A stretch of DNA of 64,000 bases from an uncultured Planctomycetota bacterium. Lineage in GTDB: Bacteria > Planctomycetota > Planctomycetia > Isosphaerales > Isosphaeraceae. A program made the translations under genes and the position numbers. Location: NCBI GenBank assembly GCA_963845755.1, contig CAWJTV010000013.1, positions 96,001 through 160,000 on the forward strand, written 5' to 3'. The notes under the pieces were generated by a model. It ran no database searches. It saw nothing but the letters and a program-made list of their open reading frames with translations, and was not told the origin of the DNA. This document shows positions 44,121-55,200 of the stretch, piece by piece; within the stretch, counting starts at the first letter, position 1, and every line of letters begins with the position of its first letter.

Positions 44121-45503
44121 GACGGGCGTTCTCCTTCCAAGTCTCCCTCGACCCGGAGGTTGACACTCAGGCGGTGCGCAGTCGAGCCCTTCTTTGTCGG
44201 CGAGGAGGCGGATATCGGGCGCCAGCGCGGCGAGCCCGTCGCGCGACAGGGCGATCAGGCTCGACCGCTTGAGGAAGTCGTTCACCGAGAGCCCCGAGGC
44301 CCATCGGGCGATTCCACTGGTGGGGAGCACATGCGAGGGCCCAGCGGCGTAATCGCCCGCGGCGACCGGCGAAAAATGGCCCAGGAAGATCGCGCCGGCA
44401 TTGGTCAGCCGCGGAAGGAGCCGTTTTGGATCGAACGTCGAGACGTGCAGGTGTTCGGGCGCAATCCGATTCGAAAGCGTCACGGCCTCGGACTCGTCAC
44501 GGGTGAGGACCATCGCCCCGAACCGTTCGAGGCTGTCGTGCGCCAGGCTGCCCCGGCTCAGCCTCTTGAGCTGCTCCTCCAGGGCCACGACGACGCGATC
44601 GATCAGCGACGGCTCCCAGGTCAGGAGGATGCTGGCGCCCGGCGAATGTTCGGCCTGGCTGATCAGGTCCGCGGCGAGGAACCTGGGGATCGCGGTGGCG
44701 TCGGCGATCACGACGACCTCGCTCGGCCCGGCGATGCAGTCGATGTCAACCGTGCCATAGACGTGCCGCTTGGCCAGCGCAACGAAGAGGTTTCCCGGCC
44801 CGACGATCTTGTCCACGGGCTCGAGCCCGATCTCGCGGATCCCGTAGGCCAGGGCGGCGACGCCTTGCGCACCGCCGATCCGGTAGACCTCCGAAACGCC
44901 CAACGCCTGACAGGCGGCCAGGAGATCGACATTGTAGCCGCCGAATCGCGTGGGGGGGACGATAACGGCGATCTCGGCGACCCCCGCCGCCTGGGCCGGG
45001 ACGACCGTCATGAGCAAACTCGAGGGATAGGCCGCCGCCCCGCCGGGGATGCAGACCCCCACCCGTCGCAACGGCCGGTAGAGCATTCCCAGCTCGATCC
45101 CCGGCCCGCGGTCGAGCCGGACGTCGCCGTGCCGGATGGCCTCCTGATAAGCCAGGATGTTGCCACGGACCCGATCGATCGTCTCGAGAAAGGCGGGATC
45201 GGCCTGACGATGGGCGTCGGCCAGCTCGTCCGCCGAAACCCGGAGTTGGCCCGGCTCGAGCACGGCGCCGTCGAGGCTACGGCCGTAGTCGAGCACAGCG
45301 TCGAGCCCGCGCGCGGCGACGTCGTCGCAGATCCGCTCGACGACTTGCCGGGGCTCCAGGGCTTCGCCGAACGCCGCAATGGTTCGCGCACGCCCCTCGG
45401 GGCTCACCACGTTCCCCCGGGGACTCAACTCGGCGCGGAGCTCGGCGATCGCCCGCTCCGCGTCGTCACTGGCGCAGTCGATTCGTCGCATTCTCAGCGC
45501 CAC
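44117..45503 (-). CDS. hisD: Histidinol dehydrogenase (frameshift near 44180)
   Basis: PGGAAAYPSS, GGAQGVAALAYG, KIVGPGN, AGPSE, SQAEH, APEHL and GDYAAGPSHVLPT. Confidence 0.96.
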
Positions 45504-45870
45504 TCTTGGCTCCCCGACTTCTCCAGGTGAGGCACGATGCACGATCTCAGGCCGGATGTCTCGATCGCCTCACCATGGGGTTAGACACGCGTGGGGAACC
45601 CTCCGGCTCTTTGTCGGGTGCTCGCTGAGCACCGGAGAGGGCCTGACGCGGGGATCGGTGCTCACAGAGCACCCGACGCGCCCGTGTGAAACCCGACCGT
45701 GAGGCGCTCTACCAATACCGTGCAACACGGTTCGGCCGCAATGCCGAAGCCCGGCATCCCCTTGCGGATCCGCACCGTCATGGACCAGGCCACCGGCAAT
45801 CCGATCCGCACGATCAAATACCGGACGATGGCGATCTGAGCATCCGGACGAGCGTGGCCTCGCCTCTCTC

Positions 45871-46506
45871 TCATCCATCCATGTCGTAGGCGAACCGGAG
45901 CCAGTACTTGACCTCCGCGTCGATGTCGGTCGGTGAGGTGATCGCGATCCGGTGGGTGATCCGGTCCTTCTTGGCCAGGCCCCCGGTGTCGATGAGCCGT
46001 TCGGGCACCGGCGTATCCTTCAGAGACAGGCCCAGGTCGATGCGCATGTTGGTCGTCGGCTTGATCTGGGCGAAGACGTGTCGGCGATAGAGCGGGACGA
46101 TCGTCTGGCACGGGCAGACCTTCACGTCGTCACCCAGGGCCCTGCCCAGCTTCAGCAGCGTGTCGTAGATCGGCCGCAGGGCGGCCCGCTTGCCGGAGAA
46201 CATCGCGGAGACATAGCCCTCGGCGGCCTCCAGGTAGGCGACCGGATCGCCGTCTTCGCGGCCACGGCCCGAAACCCGATCCACGATCCACCAGGCCGAG
46301 TTCGTCCCCAGGCCATGATGCGCCTTGAGCCAATCCCGCCGCTCTTCGTCCGAGGCCGGCCCGTCCTCTTCCACCAGCCGAATCCACTCATCCAGCGAGC
46401 GGCCCGTCTTCTCCGGGAGACTCACCAGCCACGACTGCACCATCACCACACCAGGATGGACGCTGTAAATCGATCGCGCTTGCACCTTGACCTTCGCCCG
46501 TGTCAT
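45871..46506 (-). CDS. DUF4287/DUF5655-type hypothetical protein
   Basis: EKTGRSLDEW...WLKAHHGLG; DRITHRI...DAEVKYWLRFAY. Confidence 0.75.
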   Translation of the reverse strand: MTRAKVKVQARSIYSVHPGVVMVQSWLVSLPEKTGRSLDEWIRLVEEDGPASDEERRDWLKAHHGLGTNSAWWIVDRVSGRGREDGDPVAYLEAAEGYVSAMFSGKRAALRPIYDTLLKLGRALGDDVKVCPCQTIVPLYRRHVFAQIKPTTNMRIDLGLSLKDTPVPERLIDTGGLAKKDRITHRIAITSPTDIDAEVKYWLRFAYDMDG

Positions 46507-46689
46507 GATCAACCCTCGCCCGGTAACAATTGTTCCATGGTCTTACTATACCTGCGAGCTCGTTTTGTTGCGAGAGCGAGGCGGGGTTCGGATACCCGTC
46601 CAGGCGGGGAGAGCGATCGGTCGGCCGCCCACTGTCGGGCGCGTCGGGCTGGCGTGACGACCGGGAACCGGGCGATCACCCGAAAGCCG

Positions 46690-48545
46690 TCATGGAGTGC
46701 GCGGAGGCGTTGGGCCTTGGGCGGCCATGTCCGGACCGGGCGTGGGGTTCGAGGTCGTCTCCAGTCGATCGAGCCGCTGTTCGAGGCGGTCCATCCGCTC
46801 GACGAACGCCTGGGGCAGGGTGTGCCGCAGTTCATGGATCGAGACCGCCGGATTCGGGGTCCGGCGGGTCGGGCGATCCGAGTGTGAGGGGTAAGTCGTC
46901 GCGGGCTCCGGGGCCGGTGGACGCGAGGGAGGTGAGGCCGCCGGGACGGGTTCCGGCGGCGCCGGCGCCGGTTCTGCAGGAGCGGCCCGCGAGGCGGTGG
47001 GCGTCACGGGCACGTTCGCTCGCGGTGTTGCGGAGACGGTGACCGTCGGCGACCGTGCGGGACTGGGACCCCCCGGCGTCGCGTCCGGCCGACTGGCCGT
47101 GTGCAGGGAGACTTCGATCCGCACGCGTGCCCGGCCATCACCGCGGACGATGCTCAGGATGATGGTGATCTGCGCGGGGAGTCGATCCAGCCGGTCGATC
47201 AGTTCGTGGTGCGACCGGATTGCCTGGCCGTCGAGCGCGATGATGCGATCGCCGGGACGGAGGCCGGCCGTCGCCGCGGGCGTACCGGTCAGGACCTCGC
47301 TCACCCGGGCGCCGTCCCCCGCGGCGGTCGGCGCCGGCATCGTGCCGGCTTCGCCCGGACCCGTCGGCGCCGTGGCCGGCTCGACCGGCGGCGCGAGCGG
47401 ACCCACGGCGTGCAGCAGGGTCAACTCGATCCGGACTCCCAGGTAGGCGCGGTCGACGTACCCGTGGGTCCGTAGCTGGTCCGCGACCCAGAGCGCATCG
47501 CGGGTCGGGATGGCGAAGCCGAAGTCGGTATCGCGGTCGTCGTCGGGATCGACCCCGTCGGCTCGCGCCGCCGGGGCGGGTTCGGCGTCGGCGTCGGGGC
47601 CTGAGCCCGGAATCGCCAGCCCGCCGCGGATCAGCCCAAGCCAGGCGCCGCGAACATCGACGACCGCCGCGCCGCTGTCCCCGGGATAGAGCGGCGCCTG
47701 GACCTGGATCAGTCCGCCCAGTTGGCGAGTGCCCAGCTCGAGCGCGATCCAGGCCAGCGACATGCCCCCGGCTCACGGAATGACCCATGCCGAACGGGCT
47801 GCCCACCACGAACACCTGGCAACCCAGCTTCGGACCGCTGGCCGCGGACGAGATCGGCCGCATGGCGCGCGGTGAGACTTGCAGCAGTGTCAACCCCGTC
47901 TCGGGGTCGGCCGCGACCCATCGGGCCGCATGACGGCGGCCCAGGAAGTCACGCGCGACGATCGGCGCCAGGTTCTTCCGTGTCCCCGGCGCCGGTCGCG
48001 TGGGAGGTGGATCAATTCGAACCGAAAGGATCTCACCTCCATTATTGATCACCACGCCGGTCGCCACCCGCCGCGTATCGGCCGGTGCATCCGACGCAGT
48101 GTATTCCAGTGCCACAACCGACTCGCGCCCGCGCCACCGCCGCGGCGATCCGCTGTTCCAGGCGATCCCAGGCCGCGAGCAAGTCGTCGGGATGCGACGC
48201 GGCGCCATGGCCATCGCGATCGCCGGCGCCGACGGGATGCCCCGCCTGGCTCCCGGGCGGCCGGTGCGGCTCATTACCAGGACTCGCTCCCTCGGTTGTC
48301 TCATCCGGTTGCCGCGCTCCCGCGGCCGAGGTCGGTGATTCCCCGCCGTCACGAGGTCCCGCCGGATCCATCGCCGCGACCGCCACGGGCGGCCGGCGCC
48401 CGGCCGAACCTCGTCCCCACAGGCCAATCCGCGGTCCCACCAACCCGGCGGCCAGCACCCCGCCGGCCAGCACCAGCGCGGCTCCGCCGGCCAGCCAGGC
48501 CGCCGGCGTTTTCGACCTCGGATGATGGAGTAAGGGCAAACTCAT
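46690..48545 (-). CDS. Trypsin-like S1C/HtrA-fold protein with PDZ domain (frameshifted; probably non-catalytic)
   Basis: VVGSPFGMGHSVSRG, IQVQAPLYPGDSG, GFAIP, AYLGV and PAATAGLRPGDRII. Confidence 0.8.
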
Positions 48546-48687
48546 CGGATTCCCTGTCAGTCCTCGTCAGCGGGCAGGCAACATGGACGAGGAGCGCACG
48601 CCGGTAGTTACTGCGTATTCAGCGGATCGTGAAAAAGACCCCTCCGATATTTCACTGCGTACACACTCCTGCCGACTACCTACTATT

Positions 48688-49584
48688 CTAATACACCGGT
48701 TTGGCATCGCGTGCGTGGGGCGGCATGGGGGTCCCATGCTCCAGGTCATAATTCCAGCGGGACGGCGACGGGGGTGGAGCGGGAGCCGGAGCCGCGGTCA
48801 CCGTCGCGGTGACGGTCTTGGAGGCCGGCGCCGATTCCGTGGTCGGAGTCTCAGGCACCGGGATCGGGTCGGTCTGCGTCAGCTCGCTGGGAGAAGGATC
48901 GGCATCGTCCGCGGAGTTTGTCAGCGCCGGAGTCTCCGCCTCGACCGGGATCGGCGGCTTGACCGCGCCGGCCAGAGGCTGGGTATTGGCGCTGATGATG
49001 GACTGGGCGGATCCCTGCTGGCGATGCGCCTCCGGCAGGCCGATCGTCAGCACCAGGACGGCCGCAGCCACTCCGGTCCCGATGATCCCGGCCGATCTTC
49101 GCATCCAATGCCGTCGCACCTCCCGGCCGCGAGCCCTCGGCTCGCCCAGACCGGTGCCCTTCAGCGCCTCCCCCAGACTGTCGCTCATCCACGCGATGCG
49201 TAGGGCGCGTTCGCCCTGGAAATCGACCCAGGCTCGCAAACCGCGCTCGCTGATTCCATGCACGGGACGAAGCCATCGCGGACGATTGCGTGCCTGGTGG
49301 GCCATCATCCGTCGATCCAGAGCGGGCCAGAGCGAAGGCCCCTCCGACGCGGACGGCAAGGAACTGGCGACAAGGCTGAGGGTCTCCAGAGCCCGCTCCA
49401 AACCGGCCCGGTGGTGCGCGCAGCACGGGCAGGATCCCAGGTGCCCCTCGATGGATCGTCGGTCTTCGGGGCTGAGATCGCCCGCTTCGTCGTTTGGCTC
49501 GATTAGGTCATCGCGCACGCCAACCCAGAGAGGCAGGTGTACACGGACCCATTCACACTCGGGATTGCCCATCGTCGTGCCCAT
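48688..49584 (-). CDS. Zinc-finger (zf-HC2) anti-sigma factor with TM helix
   Basis: CEWVR...HLGSCPCC, a single TM segment, directly downstream of the ECF sigma. Confidence 0.8.
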   Translation of the reverse strand: MGTTMGNPECEWVRVHLPLWVGVRDDLIEPNDEAGDLSPEDRRSIEGHLGSCPCCAHHRAGLERALETLSLVASSLPSASEGPSLWPALDRRMMAHQARNRPRWLRPVHGISERGLRAWVDFQGERALRIAWMSDSLGEALKGTGLGEPRARGREVRRHWMRRSAGIIGTGVAAAVLVLTIGLPEAHRQQGSAQSIISANTQPLAGAVKPPIPVEAETPALTNSADDADPSPSELTQTDPIPVPETPTTESAPASKTVTATVTAAPAPAPPPSPSRWNYDLEHGTPMPPHARDAKPVY

Positions 49585-50326
49585 GGGTTGGTTTGCCCTC
49601 CTTGGCTCCGGCGTGAGCGCCATCCTGTCGGCGCTGCCAGATCTCGCGGAATTTGTCACGGGCCTTCGCCAGCCGCCATCGTACTGTCGCCTCTCGACGC
49701 CCCACGATCGCCGCGACCTCGGACGTCGAGAACCCCTCCAGATCGCGGAGGACCAGCATGGTCCGATAGCTGACCGGCATCTGACTGAGAATGAACTGAA
49801 CTTCTTGTGCTAGTTCGGTTTGAATCCTGGGATCGGGGTCTGGCAGCTCGAAAGTCGCCTGCCCGTCCGCATCGGTCCGGTTGATCGAGGCGGCTGGCGG
49901 TGGATCGGTCCGAGCGCTGCGGAGCCAGTCCAGACCCAGGTTGACTCCGACCCGAAAGAGCCAGGGACCAAACCGCCTGGCGGTATCAAACCGATCGAGG
50001 CGGGTATAGACGCGCCAAAAGGTTTCTTGGGCCAGGTCGCGGGCCTGCTCAGGCTCGCGGACCAGCCGCATGAGTACGCGGATCAATTTCCGCTCATAAC
50101 GCCGCACCAGGACGGCGAACGCCTGATGATCACCGTGCCGGGCGTGCTCGACCAGCCATGCGTCGTTGAGGTGTTGCTCGTCGCCACCACCGTCCGGGTC
50201 CGACGCCCCGAAGGTCCCTTCGGCGCGGGGCGAACGAGCCCCCGCTCCTGAGACCGGGGTTCGTGAATCCCTCAACGCCTCGGTCCTGGCCCCTGGCTCG
50301 TGCCCGGGCTTGGCCGGCTCCCGCAT
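49553..50326 (-). CDS. ECF (sigma-70 family) RNA polymerase sigma factor
   Basis: AFAVLVRRYE, DLAQETF, FGPWLFRV and LRDLEGFSTSEVA..V....ATVRWRL. Confidence 0.92.
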   Translation of the reverse strand: MREPAKPGHEPGARTEALRDSRTPVSGAGARSPRAEGTFGASDPDGGGDEQHLNDAWLVEHARHGDHQAFAVLVRRYERKLIRVLMRLVREPEQARDLAQETFWRVYTRLDRFDTARRFGPWLFRVGVNLGLDWLRSARTDPPPAASINRTDADGQATFELPDPDPRIQTELAQEVQFILSQMPVSYRTMLVLRDLEGFSTSEVAAIVGRREATVRWRLAKARDKFREIWQRRQDGAHAGAKEGKPTHGHDDGQSRV

Positions 50327-50835
50327 CGTGCGACCTCCTCAACGCTCTTTATGATACGATGAAGAGCTGCCCGCGCGCTGGATTTTTTTCCAGCATGTTC
50401 TTCCGGAACAACGGCGACACACGAGCACATCCCGGCGGCCCGGGTCGAGAGTCCGACGTCGGTCCCTTCGCCTTAATCCGCTGCCGGCCTTCACTTTCCA
50501 AGTCGATGTGAGAGAGAACAGCGGGCGGAAAGGGAGTTGAGAACGTGTCAACTTTGTTGACGATAACGGGTGTACGCCGGGACGGGAAAGGCAAATTCTC
50601 GGAGCGGCCTGCTGAGATGGGCGCGGATGTTCCCATGCTCGTCCTCGGAAAAACCTGGCCTGGCAAAGCCCGATGGAGTGTCAACCAATTCAGGCCTGCC
50701 ACCATGGGGAAAAACCGCCGGGGATAGGCCAAGGCGCCCGCCCGCCTTATCATCGAGGGCTCTGGTGTCGGTCCGGGGGATCGTGACTCGTCGTGACCGA
50801 CCGATCCGATCCGATTCGCGTGTGGGGTCTGGGCG

Positions 50836-51876
50836 GTGATGAGGGAATTCGGTCCGCGGGTGATGCCGTGTCCGGAGGAAGCGCGCGGGTCTGCGCTGGC
50901 GGTGCTCTATCGCCGGGTGCCGTCGTCGCTGCGCGATCCGCTGATCGCCGGCGTGCTCGACGAGGCGAGCCGGGGTGAGGTCAACCTCTCGGGGCTGTGG
51001 GTGGCTCGCGCGGGATCGGGTCGGATCCTCGGCGCGATGTTGACGCAGTCGTTGGCCGGCAAGGCGGCGGCGGTCTGGGCGCCCGAGGTGAGGTCGTTGT
51101 GGCGGCGATCGGCACTGGCCGCCGCGCTGGTGGAGGCCGCCCTGACCGACCTGTCAACGCGAGGGTTCCGGCTGGCGCAGGCGGTGCTCGACGAGTCGGC
51201 CGGGCCACAAGCAGGCCTCGACCTGATCCGCGGCGGCATGCCCCGCGTCACCGAGCTGCTCTACATGGAAAGGGACACGGCCACCCCGCTGCCTCCGCCG
51301 GAGGTGCCGGTGGGGCGCAGGTCGGTCAACCCCGCCCAGAGCCGGACCGAAGGTCGTCCACCCCAACTCGATCCCGGCCCGGACTTCGAATGGCGGCCGT
51401 TCGAACCGGCGATCGAGGAGGAGTTCCGCGCGGTCTTGCTGGCAACGTACGCGGACAGCCTGGACATGCCCGAACTGGAGGGCGCACGGGGGCTCGACGA
51501 CATTCTGGAAGGACACCGTGCCGCAGGGCTGTTCGTGCCCCACCGCTGGCAAGTGGGGCGGATCCCCGGCGAGCCCGACGCGGCCGCCGTGCTCCTGATG
51601 GCCGAGGCGCCCGGCCGCGACGCTTGGGAAGTGATCTACCTGGGCCTGAGCCCCGCTGCTCGCAGACGCGGCCTGGGACGCGTCGTGCTCGGCCACGCGC
51701 TGGAGCTGGCCCGGGCCCACACCCCTCGGCTTGAGCTGGCCGTCAACCTCCGCAACACCCCCGCCGTCCGCCTCTACCGCGCCACCGGATTCACCATCCG
51801 CGACCGCCGCACGGTCCATCTGGCCATCCTCGGCACCCCAAGCGCGGCCGCGCCCGTGGCCCCCGCCCAGCCCTGA
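50836..51876 (+). CDS. GNAT-family acetyltransferase (tandem domain)
   Basis: TYADSLDMPEL, YLGLSPAARRRGLG, LAVNLRNTPAVRLY..GF. Confidence 0.85.
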   Translation: MMREFGPRVMPCPEEARGSALAVLYRRVPSSLRDPLIAGVLDEASRGEVNLSGLWVARAGSGRILGAMLTQSLAGKAAAVWAPEVRSLWRRSALAAALVEAALTDLSTRGFRLAQAVLDESAGPQAGLDLIRGGMPRVTELLYMERDTATPLPPPEVPVGRRSVNPAQSRTEGRPPQLDPGPDFEWRPFEPAIEEEFRAVLLATYADSLDMPELEGARGLDDILEGHRAAGLFVPHRWQVGRIPGEPDAAAVLLMAEAPGRDAWEVIYLGLSPAARRRGLGRVVLGHALELARAHTPRLELAVNLRNTPAVRLYRATGFTIRDRRTVHLAILGTPSAAAPVAPAQP

Positions 51877-52215
51877 ATCCGTGGCGAGCTCGCCTTTGCG
51901 CTCACCGGTCGATTTGCCGCGCCTCGATTGACGTTCTAGTCTGCGCTGGGAGTCGTCCGCCGGACACTTCCCCTCAAAACGGGGTCGATCATCGCAGCGC
52001 CCTGCCATCCGGAGGCAGGCCGGGAATCCCCGTGCCGGCCCGCCCCACGGACTGGCCGCTCCAACCGACCGGACGCGCGGACTCCCCCCTCGTGCTGGCC
52101 TCGGCGGATCGACAGAGGGATTTGAGGTTCACGATGGTGCCTCCGAGACATTCATCGGCTCGACGAGAATGACGCTCGGCTTCTTCATCGGGGCTCGCCT
52201 GGAAGGGATTCAGCC

Positions 52216-55200
52216 ATGCTCAATCTCTCCTCTCCTACATCCCACGACCTGGAAGTCACGGCTGAGCGACGTCGCCTTCGCCTTCGCAGCCACCGCCGTC
52301 GCTCCGGCCGCGATCGATCCCGGGGCCGGGGCCACCAGCCCAGCTTGGAGTTCCTGGAGTCCGGATCACGCCCTCGACCGAGATCTGGCTGGGTGCCGAC
52401 GGCAACAACTGGGATGACGCGGCAAACTGGGTGGATGGCATCGCTCCCGTCGCGAATGACGATCTGGTCTTCCCCGCCACCGCGGACAACGATGTCTCGA
52501 CGAACAATTTCGCGGCCGGAACGACCTTCGACTCGATCTCGGTCGAGGGATCGGGCTACTCGCTCAGCGGCAACCCGGTGGATTTGACCAAAGGGATCAC
52601 CACCAGCTATTCGTCGGGCAAGACGACCGACGCCATCGACACGGTCTTGCTCAACGGCAGCGTCTCCATCGGATCCGGCGGCACGTTCGACCTGAACGGC
52701 GCGGTTTCGGGCACGGCCGGGATCACCAAGACGGGCCCAGGGCAGATGGAACTTGCCGGCAACAACTCCTACACCGGCGCCACCACGATCGGCGCAGGGG
52801 ATCGTGTCGCTCGACGATAGCAATGCGCTCGGCGATACCAGCGGCGTCGCCATCGCCGACGGCGCGGAGCTCGATATCAGCGGTGGGCTCACGGTCGGCG
52901 CGCCGATCACATCGGTCGAGGGCGCGGGTACCACCGGCGTCGGCGCCATCGTGAACCTCGGGGGAACGAACAGTTTGACCGGCGACATCACGCTCGCCGG
53001 TGAGACCACGATCGGCGTGAAAGCCGGCCAGCTCACGCTCTCCGGCGTCGTCGATGACGGCGGCAACACCTATGGCGTGACCCTCGCTGGCGGCGGAACG
53101 CTCACCTACACCAATGCGAACACTTATTCTGGAATGACCGACGTGACCGCCGGCACGCTCGAGCTGGATAGCACCTTCGGCGCCGCGCTGTCCGGGCCGT
53201 TGACGGTCAACGCCATCACCAGCGGCGACGCCACAGTTCAGGATGAAGCGGCGAGCCAGCTCACGGCCATCAACGCGAACGTCACGCTGATCGGCGGCGG
53301 GGCCACATTCGACCTCAACGGCTACAACGGGATCGTCAACTCGCTGACGTTCACCGGTGGGACGATCACGACCGGCGCCGGCACACTGCTTGTGGGCATC
53401 GGCGGCGTGACGACCAACGCCGCCTCGAGCACCGCCACGATCGCCGGCAACCTCGACCTCGCCAGCGGGACGCGGACCTTCACCGTCGCCCAGGGCAATG
53501 TTCCCGATGGCGGCGCCGACCTCGAGATCTCGGCGATGGTCATCGACGGCGGGCTGACCAAGGCGGGGGCGGGCGCGCAGAGCTCAGCGGAGCCAACACC
53601 TTCGACAAAGGCGTCACGGTCTCGACCGGCCTCGTCCTCGCCACCAACGACGCCGCGCTGGGGACGGGCGCCGCCACGGTGGACAGCGGCGCCGAGCTGG
53701 ACCTCTCCGGCGGGGTCGCCATCGCCAACGCGCTGGACATCGCCGGCACGGGCGTATCGGGCGGCGCGCTGGTCAACACCGGAGGAACCAACACCCTCAG
53801 CGGCGCGATCACCCTGGCCGTTAACACCACGATCGGTGTCGAGGCGGGCCAGCTCACGCTCTCGGGCGCCATCAGCGGCTCCGCCAACCTGACCAAGGCG
53901 GGCAACGGCACACTCGTCCTGGGCGGCGGCGCCCCCAACGATTACACCGGCACCACCACCGTCATCGCGGGCACGTTGCAGCTCTCCGACACTGGCGGGG
54001 CAGCGATGGACGGCCCGCTCGTCATCGGCGACGGGACCGATACAGCCCTTGTCCAGGAGACGGCCTCCTACCAGATCGGAAGTGGATCGACGTCGATCCG
54101 CGTCAACCCTTCGGGCTCCTTCGGCCTCGATGGTCATAACGACGTCATCGGCTCGTTGACGCTGGACGCAGGCACCGTGTTGACCGGGACCGGCACCTTG
54201 ACGCTGGACGGCGGCGTCACCACCATCGCCGCGACAAGCACGGCAACCATTAGCGGCCAGATAGCCCTGGGAAACGATCTGACCTTCCTGGTCGTCGTCA
54301 ACACCGTTCAGAATGGGCCCGACCTCGACGTCCCGGCGATCATCTCCGGGGGCCATGCGATCATCAAGGCCGGGGCGGGCACACTTGAGCTCGACGGCAG
54401 CAACACTTACAGCGGCAATACGACGATCGACGCGGGCATCCTGGAGACGACGAACTCATGGGGTCTCGGCGGAGGCGGTGGGGCCAACATCACGGTCGCG
54501 GGAGGCGCCGAGCTGCTCGCCACGGGCGCGATCAACATCACGGCCACCACGCTGACGATCAACGGCACCGGCGTCGACAACGCCGGGACACTGGTACTCG
54601 ACAACAATGCCGGCGTCCGGGCCGCGAGCTTCATCCTCGGCTCGAATGCGACGATCGGCGTGACCCACGGCAATTCATCGATCCAGGTCCCTATCGGCGA
54701 TGGCGGAAACTATTACGGTGTGACCCTCGTCGGCGGCGGTACGCTCACTTTCACCGCGACGAACACCTATACCGGCACCACGATCATCGACCGTGGCAAC
54801 CTCCTGATCGACGGGAACAGCTCCTCCAGCAGCGTCTTCACGGTCGATAGCGGCGGAAGCCTCATCGGCGATGTCTCGGGTGGAAGCACGGCCGTCTCCG
54901 GCATGACGGTCAACAGCGGCGCCACGGTCGCGCCGGGCTTCGGCGACAGTATGGCCGAGCTCGCGTGTTTGGGCGATGTCCGCTTCGCCAGCGGCTCGAC
55001 CTACAGCGTCGTGCTCGGCGGCGCAACCGTCGGCACGCAGTACGACCAACTCAACGTCACCGGCACTGTGGACCTCAACTTCGACTCGGGCACGGGCGCC
55101 ACGCTCGCGCTCTCGCTCGCCGACGGTTATATCCCCAGGCCGGGCACGACCTACACGATCATCGCCTCCACCGGAACGCTTTCCCATACGTTTGACGGCT

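Noticed and set aside
43239..45530. 763-aa plus-strand ORF
   Set aside because: Antisense shadow of hisD/GNAT/hisC.
43566..45542. Apparent HisD-GNAT fusion (658-aa ORF)
   Set aside because: A single indel near 44180 explains it. The corrected hisD ends ...AHRLSVNLRVEGDLEGERPS* with an ATGA overlap into a separate GNAT gene.
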